Shown piece after piece: positions 1-13,681 of a stretch of DNA of 64,000 nucleotides (within the stretch, counting starts at the first letter, position 1; each line of letters opens with the position of its first letter). The notes beneath the pieces are model-generated. The model saw only the letters and a list, made by a program, of their open reading frames with translations, had not been told where the DNA came from and did not search any database. Origin of the DNA: Hormiphora californensis (Eukaryota; Animalia; Ctenophora); the NCBI GenBank assembly GCA_020137815.1, contig CM035359.1, forward strand, positions 3,472,001-3,536,000, read 5' to 3'. Both the position numbers and the translations under genes were made by a program.

Positions 1-256
1 GTTAGTATCACGTCATTCGTCCAATATGAACTGATATTATCATGTCAGTAGCAATTGTCTTACAAAAGACGGCCCTCTCCGAATCGTGCGCGACATCACA
101 GTCATGTGTTATCACAAATCAGGTTGTGTTCAGAACCAGAATATTCCGTATCGTAAAAAAAAGAGAAAGGGATCGGTGGAAGAATGAATTATTGAATGAG
201 CTAAAAAAGGTATCGGTGGAAGAATGAATTATTGAATGAGCTAACTCCTTCCTCAC

Positions 257-1148
257 CTGTCAGGGTGGATCCCATGTAAGATTCATCCTTAGGCACCAAC
301 ACCTGCTCATAAAACTTGTTATGACCCACGTAGTGCTCTCCATCGGTAGCTAGCTCAGTCACTAACACTGTTTCTACACTGCCTGAGATATAGGATCATA
401 GTGTGCAGTGTTGCCTTTCTAAGACCCATACAAAAAGGCTACGAAGTCTGATCAATACATTTGTTCAACAGGATATATTTTTAATATAACCTACCAATTT
501 TCCCTTTATAAGGGAACTGCTTCTGGAAGATCTCGGTGGCTCGTTTGGTCCTCAATTTCACCTGGTCAGCGGGTATCCTTTTCATCCTTGCTGCTGGTGT
601 TCCGGGACGGGGAAAGAACTGGTTGATGAAGAGGGAGGGAAACTGGTACCGGTCTATCAGGGCTAGTGTCTCGTTGAAGTCTTCCTGTAGGGTGGGACGT
701 GGGTGGTTACTGGTTAGTAGGGTGGGACGTGGGAGGTTAGTAGGGTGGGACGTGGGTGGTTAGTAGGGTGGGACGTAGGTGGTTAGTAGGGTGGGACGTG
801 GGTGGTTAATAGTGGTTAGTAGTCAGAAGGGTGGTTAGTTGCCCGGTAAATCGGGGCAAATACAGTAAATTTCCTATGCCAGGGGGCGTTCATCCTCCCG
901 GTAAATCAGGGGGTTCGACTGTAGTACCTCAGTCTCAGTTGGAAATCCGCAGATAATATCGGTTGCTATGGTAACACCGGGTACGTGTTCCCGGAGATAA
1001 TCAACTACTTTCCTAAACTCCCCACATGTGTACTCTCTCTTCATATCCTCCAGGACGTTATCACTGGCTGGGTAAAGAGAGGGGGTTAGGTTTGGAGAAG
1101 AGAGTGCGAAGTAGAGGGTTAGGCTTGGAGGAGAGGGTGAGTGAGAGT

Positions 1149-1223
<75 letters not shown>

Positions 1224-4200
1224 AGAGAGAGTGAGAGAGAGAGAGAGGATGTGTGCTAGTTAACGGAGGCAGTCCGGACAATGTCAGTTCTGGACAGTAC
1301 TATGGAACTAGATGTGATGTTGCCTGGTACTGCAACTACCGCCGGCACCCACCGCACCACCCACAGAACGTGGGTGTGGCAATGAAACTGGGTGAAATTC
1401 CAGTACCGGACAAGGTGGTAGGACCAGGCAATTTACCGATTACGTACGATAATGCCTACGGTCAATAATGCCTACAGGGGTTAAGGGCATAGATAATTGG
1501 GTGTAGGCAAAACCGTCAAAACAGCAATAATGCCTACAGTAAAGTACGATAATGCCTACGGGCAATAATGCCTACAGCATAGATAATTGGGTGTAGGCAA
1601 AAGCGTCAAAATTACTGCTGATATGGCAATAATGCCTACAGGGGTGATTGGGTGTAGGCAAAAGCGTCAAAACATCAGATCACGATTAGTAACGACTAAG
1701 TAGCGACGTAACCCTGAGGAGACAATACGAGATATGGAACATGATTCGGGGAAGCCAATCAGGAGTGTTAGACGACATGAGACACGATTCGCGGAAGGTT
1801 TCTATCTCATTCTATCCTTATGTGACCATGCCCTCTGTGTCGCTCTGTCTCCTTCTCTCTCACTTTCTCTGAGGGAGAAGGAGAAATATGGAGAAAGAGA
1901 GATGCCCATAACTTTTTTACCGAGACAGAAAGACAGTTGAGCTCCGTGGGAATGGGTTTCGCCGCTTTCCCAGCAGGTAGATGTAGGCGGTTCTCGGTCG
2001 TTTCTTGCAGGTTGGCGGTCTAGGTAGAGAAACCGGATTCGAAGGAGGCTAGGTGGCGGCATTAACGCGAACGACTAGTGGTCAGGTGATAGGGAGGTCA
2101 AGAAAATATCATCCACTCATTTTGCATGGCTAAACAGTGTCTTTTATTCTCTCGGTAAAAAGGGTATATCTCTTATTCGATGTCCCTCTATCTCCCTCGG
2201 AGAAGGTGAGTGAGAAAGAGAGAGGAAGGGAGACAGAGCGACCTCGAGTGGGGAAAGGGATGGAAAGCGATAGAAACCTTTCCCGAATCGTGTCTCATAT
2301 TGTCTAACACTCCTGAGTGGCTTCCCCGAATCATGTTCCATATCTCGTATCGTCTCCTAAATAACTGCTAATAAGCTTCCCTGAGGGCAGCACCAATACG
2401 ATATAGGAGATATGGCTCGTTAGTTATTTGAGTAAACTGATTGACATGAGAGCTCCTCTAATCGGTAAGGCTTAAACTCTCCCAACTCTCATGTCTCATG
2501 TCGGATTGGATACGTGGTATGGGATATATCGAGATATCCTTAGCGAGTTGTCAACTGCAATGCAATAATGCCTACACCCTGTGGTGGAGGGTAGGCAAAA
2601 CTGCTTGTAGGCATTATTGTCAACATCAGTAGTAAAATCGCAGTTTTGCCTACATCGTAGGCATTATGTACCGTAGGCAAAACTGCGGTTTACCCCCCTG
2701 GTGTTGACGATAATGCCTACAAGCAGTTTTGCCTACCCTCCACTTCTAATTAGGTGTTTTAGGGTGTAGGCATTATTGACCGTAGGCATTATTGTATGCT
2801 ACCAATTTACCGGGATACTCAGGGAAAAGGGGTTTGCTCAGAATATATCGGGGTGAAATACCGTTAATTTCCTAATATATCAGGGAAGCAAATCAGGGTC
2901 TGACTGTTACCTGCTTGCACAGGTACATGTAGAAAAGCGTAGACCCGGGGATGGCTCAATATCGTCACCATGTCTTCTAGGTAATCCATTATGTAGGGAG
3001 GGTTAGTCATACCAAGTCGCAACATACAACCCTGAGGTGGAGGGGGAAGTTAAAGAAAGGCGGACGATTTGTGCAGACTAAACATAATATATCTGTTGCT
3101 ATGGTAACACCGGGTACGTGTTCCCGAAGCTGAAGATAATCAACAGAATAGAAACTCACAATTAATATCCTAATTTAATAAAATTACCTCTGGTATTATT
3201 TTAACAAACTCGTAGAGCAGTTCTGGAAGTGTAACACCAATATCTCGACCATACGCTCCTGTGTCCTCTGATGTCATCCAGACTTCTCTGAGAAGGGGTG
3301 GAGGATGTGTCAGGGACATGTTAGGGAGGGATGGAGGATGTGTTAGGGATGGAGGATGTGTTAGGGATGCGAGGAAAAATATGGATTATATATGGACCGT
3401 GGAAACAGTAGGAAAAGTTCCAGCATGATTATCAACACCGGAATTTTGTGATCCCATAATTAACAAAATATCAATACGATATAGAACGAAGGAAATGACT
3501 GCACACCTCACCCCTTCATTAAATGAGACATAAAATACTTTAGCTATATATACATGAATAATAATTAATAAAACTGCAAATTCACCTCACCCCTTCTTCA
3601 AAGCATTGTTGTCCACGCTGCACAATATCCTCTATCGGATAGCTACCCAGTTCTCCCCTTGCGTGTTTAGTTTTGCAGTAGGTGCACTGATTTAGACAAC
3701 CCGTGTTGATGGCTGAGGGAGAGGGGGAGATATTAGAAGATCTACATTTCAACTTAAATCTATATCTCCATTTCAACTTAGCATTATTTTAGAGAGAGGG
3801 GGAGATATTAGAAGATCTCCATTTCAACTTAGCATTATTTTACACAACAACCAAATAAGAAGAAGTCAGTAGAAGTTGACTAACCGATAATTTCGATCAG
3901 TGGATTTTTCCTTATCTTGGGTAGATGTAATGAGGCACCACCCAATTTCTTCATTCCCTCTCTCTTCTGCCCAAACAGCCTCACACTATGTCCTTTCATA
4001 GTCTCCTCCACCACCTAAATTAATTAAAGGGAATTAACGGTCCAAATTAACACAGGTTTTAGAGAACCTAATTGAGGTAAATGTGTGTGCCTGATGTACA
4101 TTTCAATGTGTCACTTATTACTACAGTGGGAAATGGAAGAGATACTTTGCGTACAAGAGATACTTTGAGTACAATACTCAATATATCGAGTTGGTCGTGT

Positions 4201-5176
4201 GGCCAAAATCGTTACAGTCGGACCCCAATTTAGGGGCCCCCGATTTAGTGGCACCCCGATTTAGGGACAGGATTTTTTTTCCCCGATATAGGAAATTAAC
4301 CTTATTTGACCCCGATTTAGTGGACAAGAGCCTTTCCCCCGAGGGTGTCCCTAAATCGGGGTCCGACTGTATTATCATTATATTATTACCTCAACAACTC
4401 TATCAATTTGGTGGGTACCAACAACACTGTAACCCTCTATAAATTTAGTATCTGGGGCACCCTGGGATACACACCCTGCCACAACAACTTTCTTGCCCAG
4501 CTTCGTGGCTGTGGAGAGAAGGGGGGGGGTTAGATTTGGGTATTTTTGTAATGAAATGGGGTTAGATTTGGGTATTTTTGTAATGAAATGGGGTTGGAGT
4601 GAGATTTTTGTAACATGTGATCATTAATTTCAAAAAATAAGTAACTAATTAATCAATTAATTAATTAATTAACGGTTACCTGACATGATCGAGTTCCTGA
4701 GTCCATCCTCCGACGGTGTTTTGACTGTACAACTGTTTAACAGCCAACAATCAGCTGCCATAGGACTGTCTGTGATTCGATACCCATATGTTGATAATAA
4801 CCTGATATATTGGAGAAAGATGTACGTTAGAGGCCAAACTTCTGAAAATGATGATTTGTTTCCCGTCAGGGATTCCATGAAACATGAGTTGCGTCCTAAA
4901 TACAGCTGTATTTTGTGAATCCAAAATCACCAAATATTGAATTAAGATAATCACAGTAAATTAAGGAACCTACCCTGCCATGTATTCGCTATCGCTGCTG
5001 TTGTGAGAACATCCCCAAGTCTTAACAAAGACAGACTGACTTCCGGGTATCAAACTTTCAGCAACAGGTTTCTCGGATTTGATATTGCTGTTGAATTTGC
5101 GGGGTATGATGCGACGGGGGTTTGGCCGATCAGGTGGCAGGTTCGTGGTACGTGCAAGCTCCTCTATGTCATCCAT
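257..5176 (-). CDS. CDKAL1: Threonylcarbamoyladenosine tRNA methylthiotransferase (CDKAL1/e-MtaB), multi-exon, 3' end outside the window
   Basis: GT-AG exons read manually at about 5176-4974, 4801-4680, 4508-4390, 4014-3885, 3712-3586, 3287-3188, 3031-2911, 1067-928, 684-495 and 382-257. They splice in frame and give the UPF0004 motifs ([31 protein letters not shown]), the radical-SAM CxxxCxxC motif ([16 protein letters not shown]), [43 protein letters not shown] and the start of a TRAM domain. Confidence 0.95.
1438..2802. mobile_element. Non-autonomous DNA transposon with subterminal repeats (Mutator- or hAT-like) in a CDKAL1 intron
   Basis: Inverted termini tacgataatgcctacggtcaataatgcctaca ... 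tgtaggcattattgaccgtaggcattattgta, many internal taatgcctac/gtaggcaaaa repeats, and flanking direct repeat (c)aatttacc (8-9 bp TSD). Confidence 0.7.
1717..2358. mobile_element. Foldback element with ~200-bp inverted arms, nested in the element above
   Basis: aggagac-atacgagatatggaacatgattcggggaagcc... at 1717 is mirrored by ...ggcttccccgaatcatgttccatatctcgtatcgtctcct ending 2358. ORFs 1734+ and 2144- are near-identical mirror translations. Confidence 0.8.
4215..4369. mobile_element. Tc1/mariner-type MITE (CAGTCGGACCCCGATTTA family)
   Basis: TA|cagtcggacccc...ggggtccgactg|TA, with TIRs and a TA TSD. Related copies or remnants at about 841-921, 2803-2906, 29460, 31291-31445, 36867-37085, 40757, 43047-43130, 44080-44236 and 49840-49925. 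Confidence 0.85.
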
Positions 5177-5408
5177 TGCTAATAGAGGGAGTAGTGAGAG
5201 TGTTACTTTAACTAGGGAGAGGGAGAGTGTGGAGAGAGAGAGATGGAGTAGAGAGAGAGAGAGTAACTTTAACTAGGCAGAGAGGGAGTGGTGTCACGAG
5301 AGGGAAGAAGTTGATCAAAGAAAGGAAGGGGGAAATTGGGGCATCGGATTAATACTAAAATAAAACGCTGGACTGATAGTTAAAAATCAGGGAAAAGGTA
5401 AACGCAAT

Positions 5409-6000
<592 letters not shown>

Positions 6001-7629
6001 GGCTGAACGATTATAGGATTTTAAATGTGTTCCCCAAAACCGGAATCTCAGAGATTCTGTCTGGTATTGCAATTGTGATCTCGATTAGAATTACAAGACA
6101 ATAACCACTTATCATAAATGAAACCAAACTTTCTACACACAAGTGAGAGCTAAATAAAAGTCGATATTTAAATGAGTCGTTTTTTAAGCTTTAAAATTTC
6201 TTAAAATTAACACAACCCCGGTTTATGATGGGATAGCGAATCTCTATCTCCAAAAAAGTAGGTCGGAACGATGCCGTGGTGCAGATCTCCTATTTCTCAT
6301 GGCGTTCAGCTACGGTCCATTTTTGGTACAGATTTCTCTGCAGCATAGCTCGCAGAACCTCAAAATTTTAAATTTTAAGTCTGCTCTTTATATTGTCAGG
6401 AACCAGAGATATGACCGGTTTTGATATTTTGAGAAACGGCACTCATTTTAAATCAGACTTTATTGTTGCTTGGGGTTTCTTCTGACCCTAGCCCTAACCG
6501 TAGTGTAGCCCTAACCCTATAAACGGTGGGTGCTGACACCGTAAGAGGGAAGATTTTAACATTTGCAGTCTTCAAACTCGCTCAGTCAAAAAAGAAGAAG
6601 GAGCAAAAAATTTCGGCAATTTAAAAAAAGCTAAATCACCCAACGCGAAAAATGCGAAAAATGCAAAGTGCGCGGCCACGAGACACCATAAATTGTAAAC
6701 GGCATCATTTAGTTAAAGTACGCTGCATTTCAGCCGCGCGGATAATTTGGGTTCATTTGAATTTTCAAATTTCTTTTGTTCGTGAAAAAAAAACTTTTAA
6801 ATCAAACTTGAAAAGCGCTGCCTTATCCCGCGCTGCGCGTGGCGCAGAACAGGGATAAGGAGGGAACACCGCGCATGTACAGGATCCTGTCCCAAGTCAT
6901 TTTGACCATGTTCCGGAGGTCCTACAATCACCAAATTTTGGGAATTGGTAGCATTTGACATGAATTTGATGACTCTCTTTTCAATTTTGGAAATCGATCA
7001 CTTTTGCACGCGCAAATGTAGAGCCGCGCACACTATTTAATATTGCTAACGCGCATGTGTTAAAGTGAGCCGCGCACCAATTTCAAATGATTCTGGAAAA
7101 TATATCATTCGATTTCCACTGGTTCGACCCAAATCCAATATGGCCGACTCTCAGTTAGCGAAAACCCAAAGAAAATTGTTATGAGTTGATTTGAATAGAG
7201 TACTTCCTTCCGTGTTATGCACTTCATGAGAGCAAAGATAAATTGTCTTATAAGGATATGCTCCAATCCGTTAATCTTTAGCTTAATCAACTATCAAGTT
7301 CTACGGTGAGTTTTGGGACAGATGCACCAACCGGGAGGTCATGCTACGCCAAGAAAGTGTGTCAGAGTTGTCACTGAGTCACTTTTCCGGCAGTATATTT
7401 CGTCTCTTGCGGTGGGACGTCTTTGGAAGATGTCCCCAGAGGTGCAACTGCAAGGGATGTCGTGACGGTTCACGGTTCCACTGCTTATACATAAGAATGT
7501 CCATCTGATGGATCGAAGTGAATTGGATAGTTACAAGTTAAACCGTTCATTGATTAAGATGACCACTGAAATAGACCTCCGGCTATCGCGATGAGTCCAA
7601 AGTCTCTATTGTTTTTAAAAACCCTTCTC

Positions 7630-9630
7630 CCCCAGGAATCAGATAGAACGGCTGAAAATGTGACACTGTAAATTGATGGTGTATTCATCAATCTAAAAGG
7701 AACTCCCGGTGATGCATCATTGATCATGTAGATACTATTACTGATTACTGAAATAAATGAAGAATAAGCCCTGGGGAAATCTCGGTGAGGGCTCTCTCTA
7801 TCTGAAGCATCTCCATTCTGTATCAATCTGCCTCTTTTCGCAAAAGTAAGTGAAATTCCAAAACATCCTCCCCTCTTGCCATACAACCTCCCGGCTCCCC
7901 ACCCTCATAATCTACCCACACAAACAAGAGAAAGAGAGGGACGGTCTTTCCTCCTTCATTATACCCCTCTCTATCTCTACTCCTCTTCAACCTCCCGTTG
8001 ATCCTCCCCTTAATATTCCTCTCCTCCATCTTCCTCGGAGTCTAAAGTGCAGACTCCCCCGAGTAAAGTGTAGTATCAATTTAGTCTCTCTCATTTGTAC
8101 TAACCCTTCTTTACCTCTCCCAGGATTCCGATAGAACAGCTGAAAGTTTGATACTCTGAATTGGTGGTGTATTTATCAATCTAAAAGTAACTTCCAGTGA
8201 CTCGAATTCATCATGTGGACACGATTACTGATTACTGAAGTGAAGACAAGCCCTTGGGCACTCTCGGTGAGGGCTGTTTCTCTATCTGAACCATCTCCGC
8301 TCCATATCCATCTGCTTCTTTTCGCAGTAAGTCAGCCTTATTCTAAACAATTTCCCCTTCTACCATACAACCCCCGCTCCCCCACACCCACATAATCTAC
8401 CCATACTTTATACCCGCCCCCCCGTCACATCCTTCTACATTCATTCCCCCTTGGCCTTTATTTCTCCCCTCCATCTCCCCCTTTTTCCTTCTCTCCTTCT
8501 TCCTCTACTCATTCCCCTTTTATCCTACCACTTTACCCCCACTTTACCCCCGCCCCCCCCCCCCCCCTTCGACCTTCGCCCTCCTTCGTCCACGCTTTCT
8601 GGATAGTAGATACCCATTCATTTCCCACTTCATCCCCCATCTCCTTTATTCCCCCTTTATCCTCTCCTCCATTTCCCCCTCTCCTCCATATCCCGTCCGT
8701 ATCCACTATAAGATCGAGTAAAGTGTGTATCAATTTAGTCTCTCATCTGTACTAACCCTTCTTTACCTCTCCCAGGATTCCGATAGAACGGCTGAAAATT
8801 TGATACTCTGGATTGGTGGTGCATTTATCAATCTAAAAGTAACTTCCAGTGACTCGAATTCATCATGTGCACACTATTACTGATTACTGAAGTGAAGAAA
8901 AGCCCTGGGGCACTCTCGGTTATGCATATATGGCCTTTTCTCTCTGAACCATCTCCGCTCCATATCCGTCTGCTTCTTTTCGCAGTAAGTTAGCCTCCCT
9001 TATTCCAAACAGTTTTCCCCTTCTACCATACAACCCCCGCTCCACCACACCCACATAATCTACCTATACTGTATACCAGCACCTCCGTCACATCCTTCTA
9101 CATTCATTTCCCCTTGGCCTGCTATTCCTCCCCTCAAATCCCCTCCATCTCCCACTTTTTCCTTCTCTCCTTCTTCCTCTACTCATTCATTCCCCCTTCA
9201 AATCCCTCTTCCATCCGTTTTTTCATTTCCCCATTTTATCCTACCCCTTTATCCCCCGGCCCCCCGTCGACCTTCGCCCTCCTTCGTCCACCCTTTCTAG
9301 ATGGTAGATACCCATTCATCCTCCATCTCCTCCTCCATTCCCCCTTCGTTCTACTCTCCTACTTCCTCTATTCTCATTCCACCACTTCATCCTTCCCATG
9401 TATCTCCCCATTCATCTATATCTCCTCCTTCACCCCCCCCCCCTTTATCCTCCCCCGAACTAATCTTACATTTTTCCACTCTTTCTCTCCCCAGCTCCCC
9501 TCCATCATTCTCCTCTTTTTGGTTACGAAGAGCTTTTGCGGAGGGGTTAGGGGTAATTTCATTACCAACTCCTTTCATATTACTGAAGCCCTGGGGACCA
9601 TAGGTGAGGGATTTCTCTATCTGAAGTTCA
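7630..9630. repeat. Three diverged tandem copies (~7630-7890, ~8065-8400, ~8716-9060) plus a partial fourth (~9580-9630) of a 250-350 bp unit separated by pyrimidine-rich spacers
   Basis: Shared core ccaggattccgatagaac.gctgaaa...atcaatctaaaag...attactgattactgaa...gccct.ggg...tctatctgaa...cttttcgcagtaagt. Confidence 0.85.
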
Positions 9631-9680
9631 GATTCTGAACCTTGTGTAGCTCAGACTGGATTTCATTTCATAATCTGCGA

Positions 9681-9729
9681 TGGTTACGAAATAACCCCTT
9701 TAAAGTTTAAAGGGGTTATTTCGTAACCA
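9681..9729. repeat. 49-bp palindrome (24-bp arms, 1-nt loop), probably a tiny MITE
   Basis: tggttacgaaataacccctttaaa-g-tttaaaggggttatttcgtaacca. Related half-sites at about 9520 and 44600-44637. Confidence 0.8.
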
Positions 9730-10509
9730 AACTCACTGTGTGGTGTATGCAGTATGATCCACCCCTTAATTTGGCCACATTGATACCTGAGTGAGATCGA
9801 CGTCGCGTGCGACTGAGATCGATCTCAGGAGCGAGAATAGGTTGCAATGGAGCCAACCCCTTCATCTAACCCCACCCTCATCTACCTCTCTTTCTTCATT
9901 TGTTCCCTTCATTCTCCTTCGCCATTTCCTCCTTCTATTCATTCCTCCGGTCCTGCTTCATGCCCGTCCTGTACTCATCCATCTCCCCCTCTATCTCAAC
10001 CTCTGTCTCCCCCTCCATCTCCCGCTTCATCTCCCCTTTATCGTCCTATGCCCCTTCATTCCCTACCCCTTCATCCTCCCCTTTTAAATCTTCCTCTGCC
10101 CCTTCATCCCCTTCTCCATCTTCCTCTCTTCTGTCGGTTACAAAGAAGTAAAAGTGGCTACGAGACATGTTCTTGCGGCGAGTACTAGCAGATAAATTTC
10201 CACTGCGAGAGTGCGAGGTCCCTGCTAAGTTGGTGGCGCCGTCACGTTTTGGCACTCTACGCAAGCGAGTTGTAAGGGTGACTGCGTCACCAACCTGCTA
10301 AGAAGAAGGCGAAGAAGAGGTAGTGTTGTGTTCGTTTCCTTGGGGTTAGTTACTTAGTTTGGTAGCCCGCAGTATGGTACATGTTCACAATTTTCATTTA
10401 CATTTATCTCCTTCAATCCTCTCCTTCTTCATTTCCTCATTACACCCTTTAAATCTAGTCATAATCTAAGACATCTCCCGAACCTCGTCCTGTCTTATCT
10501 CCAAAGTAT

Positions 10510-10715
10510 CAAACCTCACCCTGTCATCTCTTCCAAACCTCACCCTGTTTTCTCTCCCAAACCTCACCATGTCTTCTCTCCCAAACCTCACCCTGTCTTC
10601 TCTCCCAAACGTCACCCTGTCTTCTCTCCCAAACCTCACCCTGTCTTCTCTCCCGAACCCCACCCTGTATTCTCTCCCGAACCCCACCCAGCACCCTGTC
10701 TTATCTCCCAAACCT
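10510..10715 (-). repeat. 24-bp minisatellite (~8 units) reading (E/D)xRVRF-GR on the minus strand
   Basis: Unit tctctcccaaacctcaccctgtct. ORF 10723-10466 translates FGREYRVGFGREDRVRFGREDRVTFGREDRVRFGREDMVRFGRENRVRFGRDDRVRF. Confidence 0.85.
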
Positions 10716-12517
10716 CGCCCCATATTCTCTGCCGAGTGTTCTGTTTGTCACTGTAATCTGGATACCACAGTAGCTAGGGTATTTTGTGATCTCATCTCTC
10801 TCCACCTCTCAGGTCCCTGGTCCCAGTTGAATGATTGGTTACAATCCGAACCTGGGACAGATTGCAGTAAGCAGTTAAATGCCGCATTCGTTTCGGTATA
10901 CATCGGGTTGTCGTCAAATAAATAGATGAACAATAGTGTTGATACTGCTGATATGATAGACTATCTTTGGTGATATTTGTGATATCCCGGTGATATTTTA
11001 TAAATCTCTGTGGGCTAAAGAAAGGAGTAGGGGTTGATTATGCCACTTCCCAATTGCTGGCAGTCAGGATGAAATATTATTTACAAATTACATCTCATGT
11101 GTTATTTTGTTGCTTTGTTGTATTGACCACTAAAAACAATGTGTATCAATTTATTTCCGGCATGGTGGGGGATTCAAACCGCCCCTCGTCTTTGATTCAA
11201 GGTCAAAGATATAATACAAGGTTTAGGGATCGCTCGCCTAATTATGTAATTGTGTAATTGTCATTGTTATGTAATTGTCACAAAATGGGACTCTGTCTCA
11301 GTTCACGAACATGCTTTGTGTAGCGCGCGGGATAGGTCTAATGGTGAAATGAATCCTGCGCGCGCCGTCAGTAATGGGCTCTGGAAAGGGGTTTTCGGCA
11401 AGGGTGCGCGGGATAGACTACTGGCCCCTATCGGGGGCCAGCAACGTTTGCCAAAAATCAAACGATCGTTTTTTACCCGTTACCGTTCTCCCTTCACTTC
11501 TGTATTTTCCTAATTTCCTAATTCCTTACTTTGTGTCAATAATTCATAAAGCCACCAATAGATTCCCATTGTTCGTTTAAGTGACAGGGGTAGGGGTCTT
11601 TTTGACCTTATTCGAAAAGAAAGAATCTCCGGTTCGGCCTTCTGGGTTACCCGTTCCACACGGCAGTGGTCCATCGCTATCCTGGTAAACATAGATATTT
11701 TATTTATAATTTTATTTAAGTGCATTGGAAAGATAATTTTAAGACCTTAACAATTCAAGAAATATGGAACAGGAATATACTTTGGAAATTTCTAATGTAT
11801 ACATTTTAGAGTTAATTAATCATCTAATAAGTCCCTACTCCCTCAAGTAAATGAACAATTTGAAATCAAGTTCATAATTGTGAGAGTGGGCAGAAAAAGA
11901 ATTGGACAGGTAGTACAGTATAACTCTCTGAGTATTTTCCCTTTTTCCCGCTCTGAAGGGACGCATTCCCCGCTGTGTTATATTTGTTGCCAGAGGGCAG
12001 AAACTGTCTCTACTTGTCCAAGCTTGTCCGATTCTGTTTCTGTCCACTCTCACTTTAATTTGCTAATTTTGTTAAGTCACTAAAATACGCTGTGAAATTG
12101 TTATCCCACTTCCGACTGATATGAGTGGGACTCATGAATCACGAGTAACGCAAATGATCCGAGTTTGATTCTTCTTTCGAGCCGGAATCACATCTATTTA
12201 ATTTGTTTTTAAAATCTATGCAGCGGTTATTTGAACTCAAAAACAAAACAGAAGGTGTTTTAAAATGTGTTCCCAAGTTTCTTTGGTGATATGAAGTATC
12301 TTTATATAACTGAGAAGATGATATGAATACACCTTAGATTAATTGTTATATCTTTTCTTGGCCTTGTTATTTGTTATATAACTGGAAACTCAATACGTCA
12401 CGATTTAAGTCACGTAAATAATAATAAAGCCTTCTGTCAAACATAAAAGGCGTACGCAGTCTGTACTCTGTACAGCTCAGTAATGTAATATTGGGGACTC
12501 AATCTCGTGGGCAAAGT

Positions 12518-12616
<99 letters not shown>

Positions 12617-12909
12617 GAGAGAGACTCTCTCACTCGCATCTCACTCTCCTTCTCCCTCCACCACTTTTGCAGTGATTTTGTCTAGTACTTTGACAGATTA
12701 ATGCGGTATTTGACAGATTAATTAGTTGATTGTCGCCCAATTCCTTGGGTTACATATTTTAATGAAATGTCATTATAATGCCATTTCATTTAATGTTCCT
12801 TGATCGCGAACGTCAAAAATGACGGCATGTCTTTTTAAATTCCATTGAACTTGACCGCGATTTTTTAATATTGCCGATAATGACCGAATGTCTCTGAAAT
12901 CTACTGCGG

Positions 12910-13035
12910 TAGTAGCTTACTATTGAAATCTAATGTGAGCTAGTAGCTTACTATTGAAATCTAATGTGAGCTAGTAGCTTACTATTGAAATCTAATGTGA
13001 GCTAGTAGCATACAGCTTACTATTGAAATCTAATT
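12910..13035. repeat. ~31-bp tandem repeat, about 4 copies
   Basis: tagtagcttactattgaaatctaatgtgagc repeated. Confidence 0.85.
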
Positions 13036-13681
13036 TGAATTTTTAATAGCTTACTTGTTTCTCGGTCCACCTCCCTCAAGACATTATATATAATATGTAT
13101 ATAATGAGTTGCTGCACGAATATAAGTATGACAATGTCTATTATGTACAACTTTAAATTTGAAGCCATAATACGAACGTTTTACTTCCAATTCGTGATCA
13201 AACTTTATCAATTCAGCTTTCATAATTACCGATTCCAATACCATGCCAATCATTAAATTATCTATAAAATACACCAGGTGGAGTTGGATCAGGTAGTTGC
13301 CAATAACATTTTATATGTTCGAGGCATTATTATGCATAATAATCAATATTATATATAATATAATAGTATTCAATTATATAGTTATCTGAAACTTGACAGA
13401 CTACTACTTAACTATAACATAACCAATTGGTTTATTCTTAGTCACGAAGTGGTTCAATAACCCTCTAACTACTTTTAAAGCAGTTTAAACGACTTTACAA
13501 GAAAGTAAATTATGTCTAATTTTATTCATTTTATGCTTCTGTTGTTTTGTTACATCTCTACCATTATAAATCTAACCCTTTGCTCTTGCCACTATATAGG
13601 TAGTTATAACACTACCAATACCAATCTAACCCTTCTCTCTTGCCACTATAGCTATCCTCTACCAATACGAATTGCCTACGT

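Noticed and set aside
6484-6518. Telomere-like ccctaa repeats
   Set aside because: Only 2-3 degenerate units, and the motif is common throughout the window.
11155-11190. tRNA-like T-arm/B-box on the minus strand (ggtttgaatccccaccatgcc)
   Set aside because: No convincing cloverleaf or A-box; at most a SINE or tRNA remnant.
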